The notes beneath the pieces are model-generated. The model was not told where the DNA came from. It ran no database searches and saw only the letters and a program-made list of their open reading frames with translations. A DNA stretch of 63,847 bases, counting the filler, from Folioceros fuciformis (Eukaryota), in NCBI GenBank assembly GCA_049999805.1. It is 3 parts of 2 records of this genome, joined end to end, with 100 filler letters (N's around TTAATTAATTAA, not from the genome) between each part and the next. Parts side by side here need not be neighbours in the genome. Positions count along the whole stretch, not along the records: positions 29,257 to 61,130 come from JBNGIO010006249.1; positions 61,231 to 63,847 come from JBNGIO010006286.1; 1 more part is not named here. One strand, written 5' to 3'. Positions within the stretch are counted from its first letter, which is position 1. Each line of letters opens with the position of its first letter. This document shows positions 58,501 through 63,847 of the stretch, piece by piece. Made by a program: the position numbers and the translations under genes.

Positions 58501-60398
58501 AAGTAGTTCCTGTACAAATGATAACCCTGTTGCTCCCCTGGTTTCTTTCTACGTTAACAGTAGATGTAGGTCTGTGTTGGCAGATCCGTGGAAGATCTTA
58601 AAAAGTCCAATTCCTCTCTTGTACAAGAGAAGGAGGAACGTAGGCTGCAAGTATGCACCTGTTTTTACTTCAAGTGAAATCCTCCCTTGGTCTCCTTGGC
58701 TCATTGTAGTAAAATGTTGCAAAAGCAGGTCCAAAGGCTGGAGTTGGAGGTCGAAAGCAAGACGCAGACTCTTCAACAGTCCACAATAACTTATGAGAAA
58801 GAGAAAGCCATTCTGCTGAATGTAAGGTCTCCTTGTCTCCATGGCCTGTCTGTGGCCTGAAATTTGGACCACGATAGAGCGATCCACTTTAGGTTATGTG
58901 GTTGGAGCACTAAGTGTGCATACTGTTTTGTGCAGGAAGTAGTAGAGAGAAAAGGCACAACAGACAGGCTATTTACTGAACTGGGTGCTGCCAAGGTCCG
59001 TCCTTTGTAGGGGTGCTAGTTTGAGTAGTTCGTAGTTCCTGAAGTGAATCGCACTTAGACGGATCTCCGAGCTGCCAACTTTTGGTCAATATTTGGGTCA
59101 ACTTTGGCTTTGGTAGATAGTCAGACCGTTGTTCGAGCCATGTGATTTGTCGTACTCAGTTTGGTGCCCTACTCTGCAGGAATCAGTGCGAAGCTTGCAG
59201 GAAACGTTGGATGTTTTGGGCAAACAGCTTGAGCGGGTGCATCTCAAGACTCCTCACAACCTGCTTAATGCAAGTTCAGTAGTTGTCTGAGCTCAGGTCT
59301 GTTCCATTGAACCTTCACGTGGCGTTCACACTTTTTCAGGAAAGTTCCAAGGTGGATATGCTACAAAAGGAAAATGAAGACCTGGGAAGGTCTAATGCTG
59401 CCCTCTCTGGAGAGTGCAAGCAGGTAATTTTCGTGTTGAAGTTTATGGGCTTTGTGAGAAACTACGAAGGCTGTATTGTTAGTGCTTGAACATGAGCAGG
59501 GCAGGTGCTTCTTCATTACTGTTGGGCTCTCGTTTTGCGTCTCGCAGTTAGCATCATCCAGAGATGCTGCAGAAAGAGCGGTACAGGCCCTACAGGCCGA
59601 TCTATGTGCAGCTCAAGCTGTTAACCGAAACGTTCAGTATCCCAAGAATCTCTGACAGCACTGCTTGAGATTGCATAAAGCTTTGGGAGGATCACTGACG
59701 TTCAAACGTTTTTGCTTTTCTGTTCCCAGAATGAAGTGGAGCTTGCAAAGCTGAAGGACGCAGTCCAGAAGTGCAACGAACATGTCACTTCTCTCCATGC
59801 CTCCAGGAAAAAGGTTCGGCACTACCAGGTGTCCCGTTTGAGACCAACATGAGAGACTGAACCAGACTGACTCATACAGACTTGCAGGACGACGAAACCC
59901 TACAGGCACTGCAAAAGGAGAACGACAAGCTACGGTAAAGCTGTTTTCACACTTTCTTGACAAAAGAAAAGAGGGCCAACTGAATGACTTCTGTTGTTGT
60001 CCAGAACTTTGCTTCGTGAAATCGAAGAGTTCGAACAAGGGCAGGCTCGAAATGTTCAATCCATCTTAGAGAAGGTGAGATGCGCAAGACATTCCTGCCC
60101 TGGTTGACCCACCTGTGTCATTGTTTGTATGTCATTGCTGGATCTTTCCGCTTTGGACACGGGAATTGTGCTGAGCTTTCTTAGCGCCCTTGATCCTAGT
60201 CAGTTACTCTCATTTCCACCGCATATTCGCACTCACGATCGAAATCGGTATCACAGCCACACTCGCTGTAGCCCTCTCTTTCACGGGGCTCCCAGGCCGA
60301 GACGCATCCCTCGCCTTGCACACAGCAGCAGTACGCGCGGCATGCCCTCAGCTCTAGGGCGGCGAGAAGGCACGTTCTGGACAGCCCGGAGCTCGTAG
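55517..60398 (+). CDS. kelch-repeat beta-propeller protein with a long C-terminal coiled coil, many short exons
   Basis: Kelch motifs GRAGHSATLVGKRMFVLGGRNG, PRAYHTATL, RGAHAAV..VFGGYGG, ERGYHTFT, SRSSHKATL and GRAAHSL..VFGGYGG, then heptad exons (LRALEMENQKLKE...). Both ends are approximate. Confidence 0.8.
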
Positions 60399-61130
60399 AC
60401 CGAGACACAGATTCCTCCTCTGGCAAGAGGGGCAATGTGCCCGTGGGTTGCACTGAGACACGTCCTCAGGCTCTTCGACTGCGACACACACGACAGCGGG
60501 ACGGCCTTACATTAAAAACTCTGAGTAAACTTGTTACAAATTCCGAAACCTTTCTACCCCACTCCATAGGGTATTCAGCCTTTCAACAACAGCCGATATT
60601 CATCTTAATTATTCCCCGTAAGAGTTACCGTCTATTGAACGGTTCCTAAACCATGTTCTCATCTCCAGTAATTGCCTTATGCGATGAGAAAGGACCACAA
60701 CCAGCCATGGTGGAATTGGTGTATATCGTGCCATCATTGTAATAAAATTGAGAACGTCTCAATTGAACTAAAAAAAATATAATCCATTCTTCAAAAATAG
60801 CCAGGGCAGCTATGCTCATCTTCGACACCGGGGCGATACTGTTCAAAGAATCCATGAAAGGGTTACTATGGACCAACACAACCAGTAAAACAAATCAGGA
60901 ACCATGATATAAGAAGCAAGAATTAAGAGATGGACGTGATCATAAGCTTGAACTGCAACATTCAGACTAGCTGCAAAATCTCCTATCAGAACCTCAACCA
61001 AAAATCGAACTGAACCCGGCAACAAAACCTCGCAGGGAGCGTGCCGTGTCAAGAAAGATGAACATGATTCAGCGAGAGCTGAAATACCACTCCTCCTCTG
61101 CCCTAACCTAACATGCCTACTCGTCGGGCT

Positions 61131-61230
61131 NNNNNNNNNNNNNNNNNNNNNNNNNNNNNNNNNNNNNNNNNNNNTTAATTAATTAANNNNNNNNNNNNNN
61201 NNNNNNNNNNNNNNNNNNNNNNNNNNNNNN
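61131..61230. other. artificial contig linker (44 N + TTAATTAATTAA + 44 N)
   Basis: Same 100-bp design as the linker at 29157. Confidence 0.97.
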
Positions 61231-61439
61231 GTGCCATCCGCCTTGCCCATGCTCCATGCATACCATGAGGCCATCCGTCCTGCCCAGGCGTGCGCTTCAC
61301 CGTCGCGCACGCCGGCGCGACACCACCGGTGACGGCCTTGTGTATGGCAAGGCGTCCTGTATTCTGTATCTTGTATAGTTGTTGAGTACCGTATCTCAAA
61401 CTCGGTGGCAATGTTTCCAATACTTTCGTCGCCTGCTTT

Positions 61440-61990
61440 TCCTTATGCCTAAGCCTCGAAAGCTTGGAGCCCTTTCCTTGCCCCCGTTCCTCATGCCCAA
61501 GCCTTGAAGCTTCTCCTTTTTCCTCACCCGCNNNNNNNNNNGCGTTCCTCATGCCCAAGCCTTGAAGCTTCTCCTTTTTCCTCACCCGTGTTCTTCATGC
61601 CAAAGCTTTGAAACCTTTATCATCACCCACGTTATTGAGGCGAAAGCTAGAGCTGGACTGTAGTTTGCATGTGCCTCAACTGTAGCAGCTTGGAGCTGAA
61701 CTATAATTTGCAGGTAGAGTTGGAGCTGGACTGTAATTTGCAGCGCTGAAGCTGGATTGTAATTTGCAGGTGCTAAAGCTGGAGATGGACTGTAATTTGT
61801 AGGAGCTGAACTGTAATTTGCAGGAGCTGAACTGTAATTTGCAGGCGCTAGGGCTGTAGTTGGTGTCTAATTTGTAGCAGGCGCTAGGGCTGTAGTTGGT
61901 GTCTAATTTGTAAGCAGCGGAACTGGAGCTGGACTGTAATTTGTAGGCACTGGAGCTGGAATTGAACCTCAACTATAATAATTTACAAGC
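61440..61990. repeat. two degenerate tandem arrays: ~45-bp CTCATGCCCAAGCCTTGAAGCTTCTCC... (61440-61630) and 21-36 bp CTGTAATTTGCAGG-based units (61650-61990)
   Basis: Directly visible repeated units; a 10-N gap lies within the first array. Confidence 0.85.
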
Positions 61991-62468
61991 ACCTACTACT
62001 GTAGCAGTGGTTGTGCCCGCTATCCAGCCATTGTTATACCTCAACAATCGTGAAAACGGATAAGAGTGTGTGGACGCTTGGGTTTGAAATGTGCATCTCA
62101 GTTTATTGTGGTTGGCTTCAATTGCTACCATGCTTGTGCCAAAGTATGATTATCAGCATTGAAACAAATCAAGGTGCTGGTTCGGTGATTGCTGTTGACC
62201 ACGATGCAAATTAAGCCCTCCCAGCAAACCATTGTGCACACTCACCTTCGTAGCAGACAAGTATACTCTTGTGCTACGATCTACCATTGTCTTCCAAATG
62301 TTTGAAGTATTTTGTTGCTACTATGAACGATCTCTTTCTCTCTTCTTATTTCTTTTCTAATGAATTCAGTGTTGCTCAGTTCATAGGTCATGACTTGGTG
62401 ATCTCAGGCGTAGCCATGTGCTGACTTTTCATTTTCAGGAATTCCAAGCATCAACTCTCAACCCAAGA

Positions 62469-63847
62469 ATGGCCAGGTTGGACCCATATGCTGTACTTGA
62501 GGGTTGCTCCTTTCTCATCCAATATCCGCCACCTAGACCATTTGGAAAAGAGTCTTTACAATGGACTGTAAGTACTCATATTGTTCACCAGAAAATGGCT
62601 TCCATTAAGTTGGCATATGTTATGGCAAACAAAACAGATGATTTTTTGCAAGGTGAGTAGGATAACTCCATTTTTCCAACCAAGCTTATGAGAAGAGACC
62701 ATTGGAAAGCTCCCTTGCAAAGCGCGTACAAAGTCACAAACTCTAGCCCCGTAGAATATGCAAAGTAAGAGTGTGCTTACGCGCTTAAGGACAAAAGGCT
62801 GACTAGTAAGGAGCCCTTGCTGGATATGTCAACACGACCTAAAGTGAGAAAAGGTAGTAAAAAAGCCCAGGTAAATGCTGGTGAAAGCATGAAACGGGGT
62901 TGTCAATTTAATTTTTTCATTAGTCGTTTGGTTTATTGGCCTGTTGTTGCTCAAATTCATGTACATGGTTGGTTCCATGTTGATAGTGATAATAACTTTG
63001 TCATAGGCTCTTAGATTTTGATAGGCCAACTAAGTTTTAATTAGCACCTTTCCTAAGCAACACTAAAAGAGAGTGGGTAAAGCATAAGTTGCTTTGCAAA
63101 TTAAGTCCACAAGATATCCTTGGAGACCATGTGGCTCAGGTTTATGGCAAGAGGAAAGCTAATCCTAATTATCAACTTCGACGAGATGATTATTTGGTAT
63201 TGAAGGACATTTGGAATCTTCAAATTGAGTTGCAAACAAGGTCTTGGAAGCTACAAAGTAATAACACAAATAGTGTGCATTTGTGGAAGGACCTCCATTC
63301 GGACTGTGTTTTCCATTGTACTATAAGGTATCAAGGTACATCTCAAAAGTTTATTCTTGGCATACAAACTCCATTTTAACATAGTATGATGCTAAAGTGG
63401 GGTCATAAGTCCTTAATCGCCATGGACGCTACTTTTGGAACAAACAAATGAAAGATAATAACACCACGCTTTAGTTTACGTGTTCATAATTTAAGTTAAG
63501 TTTTTTATTATTATTTAAACTCATTAGTTCAATTATTTTATTAAGTTGGTAAGTTAATAAACTAACCTAATGTTTGGCTTGCATGGTTTGTAGTTTCAAT
63601 TATTCACTTGTCTGATGTTGGACAACCACATGAATGGCATTCATGCGACTTGGATTATCACTAACTCAACAGCTATTTTGGACATTAGTACTTGGCTTTG
63701 GACCTAAAGCTGTCTATGCTTTAAAGCAAGGGTTGGCTTTGGACCTAAAGCTGTCTATGCTTTAAAGCAAGGGTGAGTGGACACCTAATGCCTTTTTAGT
63801 TGATGATTGCCAAGCTGAGATTAATGTCATTTAACTTACATTTGGGT
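62469..63847 (+). mobile_element. decayed MULE/SWIM-type transposase (pseudogene), running off the right edge
   Basis: KRGCQFNFFISRL...HVD, RDDYL, FILGIQTPF*HSMMLKWGHKSLIAMDATFGTNK, LFTCLMLDNHMNGIHATWII and FLVDDCQAEINVI. It has several premature stops, a frameshifting 41-bp duplication (63692-63773) and an AT-rich context. Confidence 0.8.

Noticed and set aside
61175-61186. Palindromic TTAATTAATTAA as a biological site
   Set aside because: Centred in a 100-bp N spacer and repeated at 29201; it is an assembly linker.
61676-61972. Ser-rich repetitive 98-aa ORF
   Set aside because: Translation of a tandem repeat array, with no evidence of coding function.

Overview
Gene-dense eukaryotic nuclear DNA from a seed-free land plant. 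It is most likely a hornwort; this is an inference from short GT-AG introns, a GRP-ending DYW:KP PPR protein, and a nuclear copy of mitochondrial rps1. The window is stitched from several pieces: two artificial 100-bp N/TTAATTAATTAA/N linkers, one 400-N gap and one 10-N gap. About 18 protein genes are recognisable: At2g02148-like, a UBC23/UBE2O N-terminal-only ORF inside an AT-rich repeat island, a PLS-E+ PPR, a DUF616 glycosyltransferase-like, an XBAT35-like E3, mitochondrial L47 and S1, an AIR-like zinc-knuckle protein, a divergent SLC4/BOR, a bacterial-like SDR, a PLS-DYW:KP PPR, MCA/CNR13, glyoxal oxidase, a DUF1517/FLAP1-like, a DUF1771-SMR, a CBA1-like B12-binding protein, a KNB36-like and a kelch-coiled-coil protein. 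A decayed MULE-type transposase sits at the right edge. The most striking item is the candidate U-to-C RNA editor (35260-38049), which carries an N-terminal OSB-type PDF ssDNA-binding motif fused to its PPR array and GRP-type DYW domain. Family assignments come from recalled motifs, not database searches, and exon boundaries are manual estimates.
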